64,000 nt of DNA, taken from an uncultured delta proteobacterium. GTDB taxonomy: Bacteria > Desulfobacterota > Binatia > UBA9968. Below the pieces are notes generated by a model. That model did no database searches and was not told the DNA's origin. It saw nothing but the letters and a program-made list of their open reading frames with translations. Both the position numbers and the translations under genes were made by a program. Position 1 is the stretch's first letter. Each line of letters starts with the position of its first letter. The stretch is taken from assembly GCA_963728565.1 (NCBI GenBank), contig CAVSLC010000011.1, positions 1 to 64,000 of the forward strand, in the 5' to 3' direction. Positions 10,196 through 20,308 of this stretch are shown here, piece after piece.

Positions 10196-11134
10196 ATGGC
10201 AGGATTGGACCATCTGCGACTGCTTCAGTTTCGCGCCGGCTATAATCTGCCGGTTCACGCGGCGGTAGAGCACGGCATCTTCGCCAAGCATGATCTTGAA
10301 GTTGAGGTCGCCTACACTCCTGGTTCCGATTATCTCATCGAGGCGCTCCAGACCGGCAAGTGCGAAATAGCCCACCCGGCAGCCGATGATCTTGTGGCAG
10401 CGGTGGAAAGCGAGCCTCATAAGCACGATAGCGAAATCGATCTATTTCTCTTTATGGGACTCCATAGCGGTCTCTTAAGCCTGATTGCTGCGCCGGAATA
10501 TCCCGACGGCGAGTCTCTTCGAGGCAAATTACTTGGCGTGGATTCGAGACGCACGGGTTTCGTCTTCCTGTTGGAAAAGTTTCTTCGATTTAAGGGATTC
10601 GGACTCGCGGATTACAGCCTGGTCGAGATCGGTGGTTGGGAGTTCCGCTACCGCGCTCTGCTGGATAAGCAAATCGCAGCGACTTTGCTGACCGCGCCTT
10701 TTGTGGCGGATGCTTTGGCATCCGGCTGTCATCTCTTGGCCCGCGGCGACGAGATTCTACCTGTGTATCAAGCGACCTGCGGCGCCGCGAGAAAGGCTTG
10801 GGCAAGAGATCACAATGAGGTCTTAGTGCGATATATCAGAGCCTATCTGGCAGCAACGCGCTGGTGTTTCAATCCGTCGAATCGCCGTGCTTGTTTGGAT
10901 CTGCTCAAAAAACATAGCGGCCTCGACGAGAAGCGCGCGGAAAATACATTAGCCACGCTTTTAGAGCCTGACCGAGGTCTCTATCCCGATGCTAAGCTCA
11001 ATATTCCCGGGCTCGCCGCTGTCCTGACGTTACGGGCTGAGATGGGCTATCTGCAGCCGCCTTTACCGCCGGCGGAAAAATACATCGATCTCTCTTATTA
11101 TCGGCGCGCGGCCGGCGTCGCGGAAGCGATTTGA
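10196..11134 (+). CDS. NMT1/THI5/SsuA-like solute-binding-fold protein with no obvious signal peptide
   Basis: NLPVHAAVEHGIFAKHDLEV, LRGKLLGVDS, YIDLSYY. Confidence 0.8.
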   Translation: MAGLDHLRLLQFRAGYNLPVHAAVEHGIFAKHDLEVEVAYTPGSDYLIEALQTGKCEIAHPAADDLVAAVESEPHKHDSEIDLFLFMGLHSGLLSLIAAPEYPDGESLRGKLLGVDSRRTGFVFLLEKFLRFKGFGLADYSLVEIGGWEFRYRALLDKQIAATLLTAPFVADALASGCHLLARGDEILPVYQATCGAARKAWARDHNEVLVRYIRAYLAATRWCFNPSNRRACLDLLKKHSGLDEKRAENTLATLLEPDRGLYPDAKLNIPGLAAVLTLRAEMGYLQPPLPPAEKYIDLSYYRRAAGVAEAI

Positions 11135-11163
11135 TCGCGACGCGGGCATGGCGCTGCGCGTGC

Positions 11164-11461
11164 TTACTTTCCGATAAACTGATTACTGTAAACTCCGGCG
11201 GTTGCGACCTTTCCCGGCGCCGGGCATATTCTGAACGACGACCTGCGGATTTCCGGGAATCTGTTTTGGCAGGTGACGAGCCACCAGCCTGGCCAGCAGA
11301 TCGCTGCCGCCCCCAGCCGTTCCATAATCAACGATGCGAATGGTCTTGTCTTCGTAAAACGGACGGGCTTGAGCCCGGGCGTCGCTGGTTTCCAAAATCC
11401 CCCAGATGGCGACACAGCAAAGGGGTAGCATCCACTTGCGCGCTCCTTTGATTTTCGCCAT
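11164..11461 (-). pseudogene. Truncated TctC/Bug tripartite-tricarboxylate-transporter binding protein fragment
   Basis: Signal peptide then FYEDKTIRIV...GGGSDLLARLVARHLPKQIPGNPQVVVQNMPGAG; ends after about 90 aa. Confidence 0.75.
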
Positions 11462-11634
11462 GAGCGTTGACTCCACATTTTCCATGCGCTGATTTCTGAC
11501 ACAAACCCTTAAGAATTGAAAGTTTCGACGATCCGCGCGCATGCCGCTTGCGCCGGACCTACGGGTCGGAATAGGCTCGATCAATAATCCATCTTTGAAG
11601 GAAGAAACCGTTCCATCAAATTCGGAGGAACGCC

Positions 11635-13551
11635 ATGACAGATAGCTATGACGCCGTCTATACTCGCTGGCTGAACGATCCTGAGAATTTCTGGGCGGAG
11701 GCGGCCGCAGCGGTGCATTGGGATAAAATGTGGGACAGGGTGCTCGACGATTCGCGGCCGCCGTTCTATCGATGGTTTCCCGGCGGATTCGTCAATACTT
11801 GCTACAACGCGCTCGATCGCCACGTCGAAAGCGGCCGGGCGGATCAGTCGGCGCTGATTTACGACAGTCCGGTCACGGAAACCGTTCAGACGTTCACCTA
11901 TCGCGAGTTGCTCGATCAAGTAGCGCGCTTTGCCGGAGTGCTTAGCGCGCAAGGAGTTCAGAAAGGCGATCGGGTCATTATTTACATGCCGATGGTGCCG
12001 GAGGCGATCGTCGCGATGCTCGCCTGCGCGCGCATCGGCGCGATTCATTCCGTCGTCTTCGGAGGCTTTGCTTCCCACGAGCTCGCCAATCGCATCACCG
12101 ATGCGCGACCGAAGGTGATCATATCGGCTTCGTGTGGCATCGAAGTTGGCCGGATCGTTCCGTACAAACCTTTGCTCGACAAGGCGATCGAATTTGCGGC
12201 AGTCAAGCCGGAGCGCTGCATCATCGTTCAACGTCCGCAGGAAAAGGCGTCGATGATCGCGGGCCGCGATCTCGATTGGTTGGAAGAAATGGCGCGAGCA
12301 AAACCCGCCGGCTGCATTCCCGTCCGAGCCACCGATCCGCTTTACATCCTTTACACCTCCGGCACGACCGGCATGCCCAAGGGGATCGTGCGCGACAACG
12401 GCGGGCATCTGGTCGCGCTCCAATGGAGCATGCAGCACATCTATGGCGTGGAGCCGGGTGAAGTGTATTGGGCGGCATCGGACGTGGGCTGGGTGGTCGG
12501 GCACTCGTACATCGTTTACGCGCCGCTGTTCAACGGCAATACCACGGTGCTCTACGAGGGCAAACCGGTCGGCACTCCCGACGCCGGCGCGTTCTGGCGG
12601 GTGGTCTCACAACACGGCGTGAAGGTTTTGTTCACGGCGCCCACGGCATTTCGCGCGATCAAGCGCGAAGATCCCAACGGCGAATGCATGCTCAAGTACG
12701 ACTTGAGCGGCTTTCGCACGCTCTTTCTCGCCGGCGAGCGTTGCGATCCGGACACGCTCTTGTGGGCGCAAAAGCAGCTTGGCGTGCCGGTGATCGATCA
12801 CTGGTGGCAGACCGAAACCGGCTGGCCGATCGGCGCCAATTGTCTCGGACTGGGGATGCTGCCGGTGAAACCGGGTTCGTGCACCAAAGCCGTGCCCGGT
12901 TATGATGTCCGGGTGTTGGCCGATGACGGCGGGGAAGTGCCGCCGACGCAGATCGGCAGCATCGCGATCAAGCTGCCGCTGCCGCCAGGTTGTCTGCCGA
13001 CTCTCTGGAACAATGACGAAGGCTACCGCAAGGCCTACCTCGCAAGGTTTCCCGGCTACTATCTCACTGGCGACGCCGGCTACGAAGACGAGGACGGCTA
13101 TCTTTGGGTGATGACCCGCACCGACGACATCATCAACGTTGCCGGTCATCGGCTCTCCACCGGCGCGCTGGAAGAGGTGCTGTCGTCTCATCCCGACGTC
13201 GCCGAGTGCGCGGTCCTGGGAGTCGCCGACGAGATCAAAGGGGAAATTCCCCTGGGCCTGATCGTGCTCAAGGCCGGCGCGCGACGCTCAGACGGCGAGA
13301 TCGTCGGCGAAACGGTCCAGATGGTGCGCGAACGGATCGGCGCCGTGGCTTCTTTCAAAATCGCGACCGTGGTCAAGCGGCTACCCAAGACGCGCTCGGG
13401 CAAGATTCTGCGCGGTACCATCAAGAAGATCGCCGACGGCGTCGATTATCAAGTTCCGCCTACCATCGACGATCCGCTGATCCTCGATGAAATTACCGCC
13501 GATTTGTCGATGTTGGGCTATCCCACCGGTCCGGCAAGAAACTCGGTCTGA
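11635..13551 (+). CDS. prpE: Propionyl-CoA synthetase (acetate/propionate-CoA ligase)
   Basis: YTSGTTGMPKG, RDNGGH, DHWWQTETGWP, LPKTRSGKILR; RBS GGAGG. Confidence 0.9.
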   Translation: MTDSYDAVYTRWLNDPENFWAEAAAAVHWDKMWDRVLDDSRPPFYRWFPGGFVNTCYNALDRHVESGRADQSALIYDSPVTETVQTFTYRELLDQVARFAGVLSAQGVQKGDRVIIYMPMVPEAIVAMLACARIGAIHSVVFGGFASHELANRITDARPKVIISASCGIEVGRIVPYKPLLDKAIEFAAVKPERCIIVQRPQEKASMIAGRDLDWLEEMARAKPAGCIPVRATDPLYILYTSGTTGMPKGIVRDNGGHLVALQWSMQHIYGVEPGEVYWAASDVGWVVGHSYIVYAPLFNGNTTVLYEGKPVGTPDAGAFWRVVSQHGVKVLFTAPTAFRAIKREDPNGECMLKYDLSGFRTLFLAGERCDPDTLLWAQKQLGVPVIDHWWQTETGWPIGANCLGLGMLPVKPGSCTKAVPGYDVRVLADDGGEVPPTQIGSIAIKLPLPPGCLPTLWNNDEGYRKAYLARFPGYYLTGDAGYEDEDGYLWVMTRTDDIINVAGHRLSTGALEEVLSSHPDVAECAVLGVADEIKGEIPLGLIVLKAGARRSDGEIVGETVQMVRERIGAVASFKIATVVKRLPKTRSGKILRGTIKKIADGVDYQVPPTIDDPLILDEITADLSMLGYPTGPARNSV

Positions 13552-13886
13552 TCAACTTGTTGGGGTGAAGTTGCAAGAAAAGGATTGCGGCGGTCAGTTC
13601 TTACTGATTGAGCTTTCTCCAATCTTCTGCCGTTCACGGAGAATTGTTTGCGCCATCCTGCGTGAATTCCCTGTCGATCTGGCATAGCTTATGAAGATCG
13701 CGCCGGTTGCTCTCATATGTTCAATCTTTGCTGCGTTGTTTTTGGTTAGTTTCCACCTGGGTTCGCGGTCGTGCCGAACGAGACGGCGGCCACTCCCTCC
13801 GCTCCCTTTCGACGGTCCAACTCTTGACCGCAGCGTACGCTCATAATAGAAAATGGTTGGACAACTATGAAAGGCCCTTCCATATT

Positions 13887-14726
13887 ATGGAATCAAAGCC
13901 GCTTGGGGCTCGGGTTTTAGAAAAATCCATCGATCTGCTCTATTCGTTTGAATCGCACCGTCCTGAGCAGTCGCTGTTTCAGATTAGTCGAAGCTTAGGA
14001 TTTCCCCCGAGCACGGTGCGTCGGCTCTTGAAAGTGATGATATCGCGGCGGTTGATCCAGCAGGATGCGGCGACCAAGCTCTATCGCCTCGGGCCTGGGC
14101 TCTTCTATCTGGCCTCGGTGGCGCGCGAGGGACTGGAGATCAGGAAGATTGCTCTGCCGTTGATGGAGCGCCTGCGCGATCTCACCGGAGAAAATGCGAT
14201 ATTGCACGAATTGCGTGACTGCAAACGCGTCTGTATCGAGAAAGTCGAGAGCAGGGAAGTGCTGCGAGATTCTCTGCGGGTGGGCGATCAGTTTCCGGCG
14301 CACGCGGGCGCGAGCGGCAAGATCCTCTTGGCCTATCTCCCTCCGCGGGAGCTCAAGGAGTTTTTGAAATCGGCGCGCGGCCTGAAAGCGCTGACCCCGC
14401 GCACGATCACCGATCCGAAAAAACTCGCGGCGGATCTGGCTCGCACAAAGAGACAGGGATATTCCTATAGTTGCGGCGAGCGCGTCATGGACGGACTATG
14501 CGCCATCAGCGCGCCGATCTTCGATAGCGAAGGCCGAGCACCCTATTCCCTGACGATTACCTTGACGCCGTTCAGACTGCAGGCGAAGGGAAAAAGCAAG
14601 CTGGTGGAGGCCGTCAAGCGATTCGCCGCCGAGATTTCTCGCAAGCTGGGGAGCGATAGCGCCGGCGATGCCAGCGCGTTGCCGACGGCTCGCGCGGCAA
14701 ATGGGACCAAACGACTGCGGCCATGA
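13887..14726 (+). CDS. IclR-family transcriptional regulator
   Basis: N-terminal HTH (ISRSLGFPPSTVRRLL...YRLGP); HAGASGKILLA; LTPRTITD; AISAPIFD. Start set at MESKPL. Confidence 0.92.
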   Translation: MESKPLGARVLEKSIDLLYSFESHRPEQSLFQISRSLGFPPSTVRRLLKVMISRRLIQQDAATKLYRLGPGLFYLASVAREGLEIRKIALPLMERLRDLTGENAILHELRDCKRVCIEKVESREVLRDSLRVGDQFPAHAGASGKILLAYLPPRELKEFLKSARGLKALTPRTITDPKKLAADLARTKRQGYSYSCGERVMDGLCAISAPIFDSEGRAPYSLTITLTPFRLQAKGKSKLVEAVKRFAAEISRKLGSDSAGDASALPTARAANGTKRLRP

Positions 14727-16114
14727 CTTACCCTACGAGTTCGCAACCCACCGCGGCGCAAAGCCTCGCCGGTTTCATCTGTGAGCTGAGTTATCGGCAC
14801 GTCCCGGCTGACGCCGTATCGCGCTGCCGGGAGCTATTGTTGGATCAATTGGGTTGCCAGCTGATCGGCGCCAGCGTGCCGTGGAATCAGCCGGTCTATC
14901 GGTTTGTAAAAAGCGCGAAAAGTGGCGGCCCGGCGCGGATCGTAAAATATGGCGATGAAGTTCCGCTTGACGACGCGGTGCTCGTCAATGGAACATTCGC
15001 CCAGGGTTGCGAGCTCGATGACTACTACGATCAGGGCGGCGGCCATCCCGGCGCGGCAACAGTGCCCGTGATTCTCGCGCTCGCGCAGCAGCAGACGGTC
15101 AGCGGGAAGGAGCTCATCACCGGTATGGTCGCCGGCTATGAAGTCGGCTGGCGCATCGGTCGAGCGCTCTTGCCGGAATTGATGAAGCGCGGCTATCACG
15201 CGCAAAGCGCGGTGGGCGTTTTCATCGCCGCCGCCGCCGCAGGCAAAATTCTTCGCCTCGATCCGGAGCAGATGACTCACGCCCTGGCGATCGCCGGCAG
15301 CCATTCCGGCGGTACCATGGAGTACGACCAGAGCGGCGGTGAAGTGAAACGGTTACACAACGGGATGGCCTGCTGCGGCGGGCTCCGCTCCGCGCTGCTG
15401 GCGCAGATCGGCCTTACCGGACCACCGACGATCTTCGAAGGCGAGCGCGGCATTCTGAAAGTCATGTCGGGGACCCGTAATGTCGAGCCGATCGTCAAGA
15501 ACCTCGACGCCGGCAATGAAGATCTCGCGCTCTATCACGCGGCGATGAAACGTTTCCCGGTGAATGCCAGCCAGCATTCGCCGATCGAGCTGCTCGACAG
15601 TCTTGTCCGCGAGCACGACATAGACCCGCGCCAGGTTACGAAGATCACTGTCGAGCTCAATGAAGGAATCCTGCTGCACGGCGGCACCATCTATCAACCC
15701 AAGGAAGTCATCGAAGCCCAATTCAGCCTACGCTTTTCTCTCGCGCTGAGATTCCTTACAGGCAATAACGATCTGCAGCATTATCTCGACCCGGCCATGT
15801 GGAGCGATCCGGCGATGCTGGAGATCGGCAGGAAAATAGACCTGCTTGCCGACCCTACGGCAACCGGTCCGCGCCGTTTCGCTTGCCGGATGACTATTTT
15901 GCTTTTGGACGGATGTGAAATGAGCGGTTCGTTGGCGGCGCCCAAGGGCAGTTATAAGAACCCTCTGGCTCGGGGCGAATTGCAGGACAAATTCTACCGG
16001 CTAGGCAGGACGGTTCTGGATGACGAAAGACTCGGTGCGATCGTCGCTGCCGTGGAACGGATTGAAAACGCGTCAAACGTCGCGGCGCTGAGCACGCTCA
16101 TGACGGCGGCGTGA
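14723..16114 (+). CDS. MmgE/PrpD family protein
   Basis: LLDQLGCQLIG, NGTFAQGCELDD...GGHPG, GYEVG, FEGERG. Confidence 0.92.
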   Translation: MTYPTSSQPTAAQSLAGFICELSYRHVPADAVSRCRELLLDQLGCQLIGASVPWNQPVYRFVKSAKSGGPARIVKYGDEVPLDDAVLVNGTFAQGCELDDYYDQGGGHPGAATVPVILALAQQQTVSGKELITGMVAGYEVGWRIGRALLPELMKRGYHAQSAVGVFIAAAAAGKILRLDPEQMTHALAIAGSHSGGTMEYDQSGGEVKRLHNGMACCGGLRSALLAQIGLTGPPTIFEGERGILKVMSGTRNVEPIVKNLDAGNEDLALYHAAMKRFPVNASQHSPIELLDSLVREHDIDPRQVTKITVELNEGILLHGGTIYQPKEVIEAQFSLRFSLALRFLTGNNDLQHYLDPAMWSDPAMLEIGRKIDLLADPTATGPRRFACRMTILLLDGCEMSGSLAAPKGSYKNPLARGELQDKFYRLGRTVLDDERLGAIVAAVERIENASNVAALSTLMTAA

Positions 16115-16164
16115 TGCCGACGATTTCCCGCACTCGGAATATCTTGAGAATGGAGGATGAGTTG

Positions 16165-17175
16165 ATGAGCGGCAAAATCCGAATGTTGATCATAACCATG
16201 GTTGTGCCCGTCATCGGCATCTTTTGCTTGCCGGCGAGCGCGCAGACGATCGAGGAGCTTTACCGCAAGGCCGCCCAGGAAAAAACCATCAACTTCTACG
16301 GCACCCTGGCGCAGGTCAACGCCCAGAAGATCCTGCCGGTGTTCGAGAAGCGCTATCCCGGGGTTCAGCTGAATCACGTGGACATCACTTCGGACAGCCT
16401 GGTTGCCCGGGCTACGGCGGAAGCGCGCGGCGGCAAAACCCTCGGCGATATTTTTCAGGCGCCGCTGGAAACCGCGATCCAAATGAACGATCAAAAGCTG
16501 CTGCTCGAAGTGACGCTGCCGGAGTACTCCGCCTACCCGGCAATCATGAAAGGGCCGTATTGGGTGGCCTCGAACCTGCAGTTTATCGTCGTCGCCTGGA
16601 ACACCAACCTGCTCAAGAAAGCGGACGAGCCGAAATGGATCGACGACCTGGCGGACGCGAAGTACAAAGGGTCGCTGGTGGCCGAGCCGCGGGATTTCGA
16701 ATTTCTCATGGGCATCGCCAAGCACAAGTTCAAAAACGACGACAAGGCGATCGCTTTGCTGCGCGCCATCGCTGCCAACGGCGTAGAGTTTCATAAAGGT
16801 CATTCGCAGTTGACCGAGCTTCTGACCGGCGGTCAGGCCAAGCTCTGTGTGACCTGCTTCGCGCATCAATTCCCCGGTCGGATGAAGAAAGGCGCGCCGG
16901 TAAATTTCTTGTTGAGCGAAGGCATCGGATCGATGAACGCGACGGCGATCTTCAAAGACGCGCCGCATCCGAACGCGGCGCTGCTCTTCGCCCGCTGGGC
17001 CGCCAGCGAAGAAGGGCAAAAAGTTTACGCCGAAGGCGGCCGGGCGCCCGCGCATCCCAAGGTCAAGCCGATCGATCCGATCCGGCCGGAGCGGCTCTAC
17101 CCGTTGGGCGTCGACGATATCAAAGAGTATCCCAAGTACGAAAAAATCTGGAAAGAAGTTTTCAAACTGCGCTAG
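16165..17175 (+). CDS. ABC-type extracellular solute-binding protein (Fe3+/polyamine-like fold)
   Basis: RBS GGAGG, signal peptide, WNTNLL, APHPNAALLF...SEEGQ. Confidence 0.85.
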   Translation: MSGKIRMLIITMVVPVIGIFCLPASAQTIEELYRKAAQEKTINFYGTLAQVNAQKILPVFEKRYPGVQLNHVDITSDSLVARATAEARGGKTLGDIFQAPLETAIQMNDQKLLLEVTLPEYSAYPAIMKGPYWVASNLQFIVVAWNTNLLKKADEPKWIDDLADAKYKGSLVAEPRDFEFLMGIAKHKFKNDDKAIALLRAIAANGVEFHKGHSQLTELLTGGQAKLCVTCFAHQFPGRMKKGAPVNFLLSEGIGSMNATAIFKDAPHPNAALLFARWAASEEGQKVYAEGGRAPAHPKVKPIDPIRPERLYPLGVDDIKEYPKYEKIWKEVFKLR

Positions 17176-17191
17176 AGATACAAGCTTACCG

Positions 17192-18544
17192 ATGGACGCG
17201 GTCGAAGAAAAATTGGTTCGCTTTGCCGACTCGTTCGCTTTTGCCGATATCGAGGCACCGGTCCTGCACGCGATCAAGCTTCGCTTCATCGATACGATCG
17301 GCTGCGCTCTGGCGGGCTACGATGAAGCGCCGGCGAAGATCGCGCGGCGCCTCGCGGCGCAAGTGCGCAGCTCCGAGGAAGCCGGCATGATCGGGGCCAC
17401 CGCCAAAACTTCGGCGGAGCTGGCGGCGTTCGCCAACACGACCATGATCCGCTGCCTCGACTTGAACGACGACTATTTCGGCAAGGACGGCCCCCACCCC
17501 AGCGATCTGATCGGCGCGTTGCTGCCGGCATCGGAGATCGCGCATGGAAACGGCTCGTCCTTCGTCGCCGCAGTCGCGGTTGCGTATGAGGTTCTTTGCA
17601 CTCTCGTCGACTCGGTCGGCATCCGTGAGCGTGGCTGGGATTACGTCACCTACACCGCATTGGCCGCGGCGCTCGGCTCCGGCAAGGCGATGGGACTGTC
17701 TCAGGGATCGTTGCGCGATTCTTTGAGCCTGGCGGCGACGGCGAATTGTTCGTTGGGACAAACCCGACTGGGCGAGCTTTCGATGTGGAAAGGTATGGCG
17801 TCGGCCAACGCCTGTCGCAATGGCCTCTTCGCGGCTCTGCTCGCACGCGCCGGGGTAAGCGGGCCATTTTTGCCCTTTGAAGGGAAGGGCGGCTTTCTTC
17901 GGCAGGTCTGCGGCTCTTTGGATCTCTCCCGCCTGGGCGCGACGCCTTTGCGCGCGGGAATCGTTTATCTGAAGAACTGGCCGGTCTTCTACAGCGCGCA
18001 GGGAGCCGTCGATGCAGCGATCGAACTGCGCGAGAAAGTCAGACCTGACGAAATCAAGACGCTGGTCGTGGAATCCTATCAGCGCTTGATCGGGCGCGGC
18101 GCCACGGACCCGGAAAAATGGACGCCGCAATCACGCGAGACCGCCGATCACAGCGTGCCCTTCTGCGTAGCGGCAGCGCTGCTCGACGGCGGCGTGACGG
18201 CGCAAACCTTCGATGCGGCGCGGTTTCTCGACCGAGACGCGATCGGGCTGATGGCGAAAATCACTCTGCGGGAGGATCCGGAGTTCACGAAACAGTATCC
18301 GGAAAAGTGGAACTGCCGCGTCGTCGCCGAAACATTTTCCGGCGCGCGGCACCAAGTCCATGTCGCCTATCCGAAAGGACATCCGGAGAATCCATTCTCG
18401 GACGCCGAAGTCGAGGACAAATTTCTGCGGCTGGCGGAGTCGTCTCTCGGAAGAAGTCGCTGTCAAAAGTTCATCGATTGGGCTTGGCGGCTGGAGCAAG
18501 CGGAAGAGATCCGTGAGCTCTTTCCGCTGCTGGCAATTTCATGA
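17192..18544 (+). CDS. MmgE/PrpD family protein (closest to the 2-methylcitrate dehydratase type)
   Basis: DTIGCALAG, IRCLDLNDDY...HPSD, RLGELSMWKG, SRETADHS, PKGHPENP. Confidence 0.92.
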   Translation: MDAVEEKLVRFADSFAFADIEAPVLHAIKLRFIDTIGCALAGYDEAPAKIARRLAAQVRSSEEAGMIGATAKTSAELAAFANTTMIRCLDLNDDYFGKDGPHPSDLIGALLPASEIAHGNGSSFVAAVAVAYEVLCTLVDSVGIRERGWDYVTYTALAAALGSGKAMGLSQGSLRDSLSLAATANCSLGQTRLGELSMWKGMASANACRNGLFAALLARAGVSGPFLPFEGKGGFLRQVCGSLDLSRLGATPLRAGIVYLKNWPVFYSAQGAVDAAIELREKVRPDEIKTLVVESYQRLIGRGATDPEKWTPQSRETADHSVPFCVAAALLDGGVTAQTFDAARFLDRDAIGLMAKITLREDPEFTKQYPEKWNCRVVAETFSGARHQVHVAYPKGHPENPFSDAEVEDKFLRLAESSLGRSRCQKFIDWAWRLEQAEEIRELFPLLAIS

Positions 18545-18591
18545 ACGAATCGGACGAAACTGCGCAAGCCGCAGGATACAAAGCCGGAGAT

Positions 18592-18665
18592 GTCACCCCC
18601 AATGTGTTTATCAGGGTCCAGTTTCTTCCCATCCTGGAGTCCCGCTAAAGCATGGTGGCAATGAC
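18592..18665. repeat. Degenerate REP-like double hairpin (GTCA...TGAC)
   Basis: gtcacccccaatgtgtttatcagggtccag...ctggagtcccgctaaagcatggtggcaatgac, intergenic. Confidence 0.4.
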
Positions 18666-18750
18666 GGATTGGCAATTTGCTTCATGCCGGAAGTTCTGAA
18701 AGGAGCCGGCAAGACTTTCGGGGCGAAAAATGAGGAGGTCTTGAAATTCC

Positions 18751-20229
18751 ATGGCGGTAAAAAATTATGACGTGATCGTGATCGGCGCAGGCAACGCGGG
18801 ATTGACCGCGGCTCTGGCGGCACGAGAACAACAAACGCGCGTGCTGCTCTTGGACAAATGTCCCAAAACATCGCGCGGCGGAAATACACGATTTTCCGGC
18901 GGTGGGTTTCGGTTTACTTACAACAATCTGGACGACATGCGTCCGATGCTGCCGGAGTTGACCGACGAAGAGGCCGCGAGGATGGAAGTCGGCACCTACT
19001 CCAACGCGGAATTTTTCGAAGACGTCATGCAGGTGACCGAGTATGCCGCCGACAAAAAGCTCACCAACATTCTCGTCGATCGATCTTACGACACCGCGCG
19101 TTGGCTGACCGACATGAACGTCAAATGGATACTTTCCACCAGCACCCATGCAGTGAAGATGGGCGGCAAAATCAAGTTCCCCTCGGGCCGGGTAATATCG
19201 GTGAACGACGGCGGCCTTGGCCTGGTCGAGATGCTGTTTCCGACGGCGGAAAAAAACGGCATCGAAATCATTTACGAGGCGAAAGCGACGGCTTTGATCG
19301 TCGATCCCAGGGGAAGGGTTTCCGGTGTGCGGGTGCAAACGGCAGAGGGGCTGATGGATTTCCAGAGCCGCGCGGTGGTGCTGGCTGCCGGCGGGTTCGA
19401 GGCCAATCCGGAAATGCGCGCGCGCTATCTTGGCACCGGTTGGGACTTGGTGAAAGTCCGCGGCTCGCGCTACAACACCGGCGAGGTGCTCAGTTTGGCG
19501 CTGAGTTTCGGCGCACAGGCAGTCGGCCATTGGAGCGGCTGTCACGCCGTGCTGGTCGACGCCGAAGCGCCCGACGTCGAATGCGCCTACGAGCACCGCT
19601 ACTCCTACCCGTACGGCATCATGGTCGACATCAACGGCAGGCGCTTCGTCGACGAAGGCGAGGATTTTTTCAGCTACACCTACGCCAAGTGCGGCCGCGA
19701 AGTGCTGCGCCTGCCTTGGCGGACGGCCTATCAAATTTTCGACAGCAAGACCCGCCCGCTGCTCCGCTCCGAGTACAACCGCGGCTTTCATGTCAGCGCC
19801 GATACGATCGAAGCGTTGGCGAAGAAGTTGCCGGGTTTGGATTGGGAGAACGTCGTGAAAACGGTCAACGCGTTCAACGACGCGGTCAACGACGCGCCGT
19901 TCGACCCGTCGAAGCACGATGGCAAATCCACGAGCGGCATCAGTCCGGTGAAGTCCAATTGGGCGCAGCGCCTGGACATCCCACCCTACTATGCGTTCCC
20001 GGTGACCTGCGGCATCACGTTCACGTTCGGCGGCGTCGGCATCACCGAGAACGGCGAGGTCAAGGACACGAGCGGTAATGTGATTGGCGGCCTGTTCGCC
20101 GCGGGGGAAATTACCGGCGGCTCGTTTTTCAACAATTACCCCGGCGGTTCCGGCTTGATGAAGGGCGCCGTGTTCGGCCGCCTGGCGGGCACCAGCGCTG
20201 CTGCCTTTGCCAAGGCGAACCGTGCCTAG
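18751..20229 (+). CDS. tcuA: FAD-dependent tricarballylate dehydrogenase TcuA/CobZ-like flavoprotein
   Basis: GAGNAG, RGGNTRFSGG, GGFEAN, KVRGSRYNTG, GHWSGCHA, GITFTFGG, NYPGGSGL. Confidence 0.85.
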   Translation: MAVKNYDVIVIGAGNAGLTAALAAREQQTRVLLLDKCPKTSRGGNTRFSGGGFRFTYNNLDDMRPMLPELTDEEAARMEVGTYSNAEFFEDVMQVTEYAADKKLTNILVDRSYDTARWLTDMNVKWILSTSTHAVKMGGKIKFPSGRVISVNDGGLGLVEMLFPTAEKNGIEIIYEAKATALIVDPRGRVSGVRVQTAEGLMDFQSRAVVLAAGGFEANPEMRARYLGTGWDLVKVRGSRYNTGEVLSLALSFGAQAVGHWSGCHAVLVDAEAPDVECAYEHRYSYPYGIMVDINGRRFVDEGEDFFSYTYAKCGREVLRLPWRTAYQIFDSKTRPLLRSEYNRGFHVSADTIEALAKKLPGLDWENVVKTVNAFNDAVNDAPFDPSKHDGKSTSGISPVKSNWAQRLDIPPYYAFPVTCGITFTFGGVGITENGEVKDTSGNVIGGLFAAGEITGGSFFNNYPGGSGLMKGAVFGRLAGTSAAAFAKANRA

Positions 20230-20244
20230 AGCGCCGGCTGGCGC

Positions 20245-20272
20245 GTTCAACGTTCAAGGATCAAAGTTCAAC
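20245..20272. repeat. GTTCAA-type 7-nt micro-repeat x4
   Basis: gttcaac gttcaag gatcaaa gttcaac, just after the tcuA stop. Confidence 0.55.
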
Positions 20273-20308
20273 GTCATCGCTCGGTTTAAAGTTGAGGGAG
20301 AAGCGCAC

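Noticed and set aside
13866-13886. Imperfect palindrome TATGAAAGGCCCTTCCATA as an IclR operator
   Set aside because: Plausible position, but it is a single imperfect instance with no second copy in the cluster to support it.
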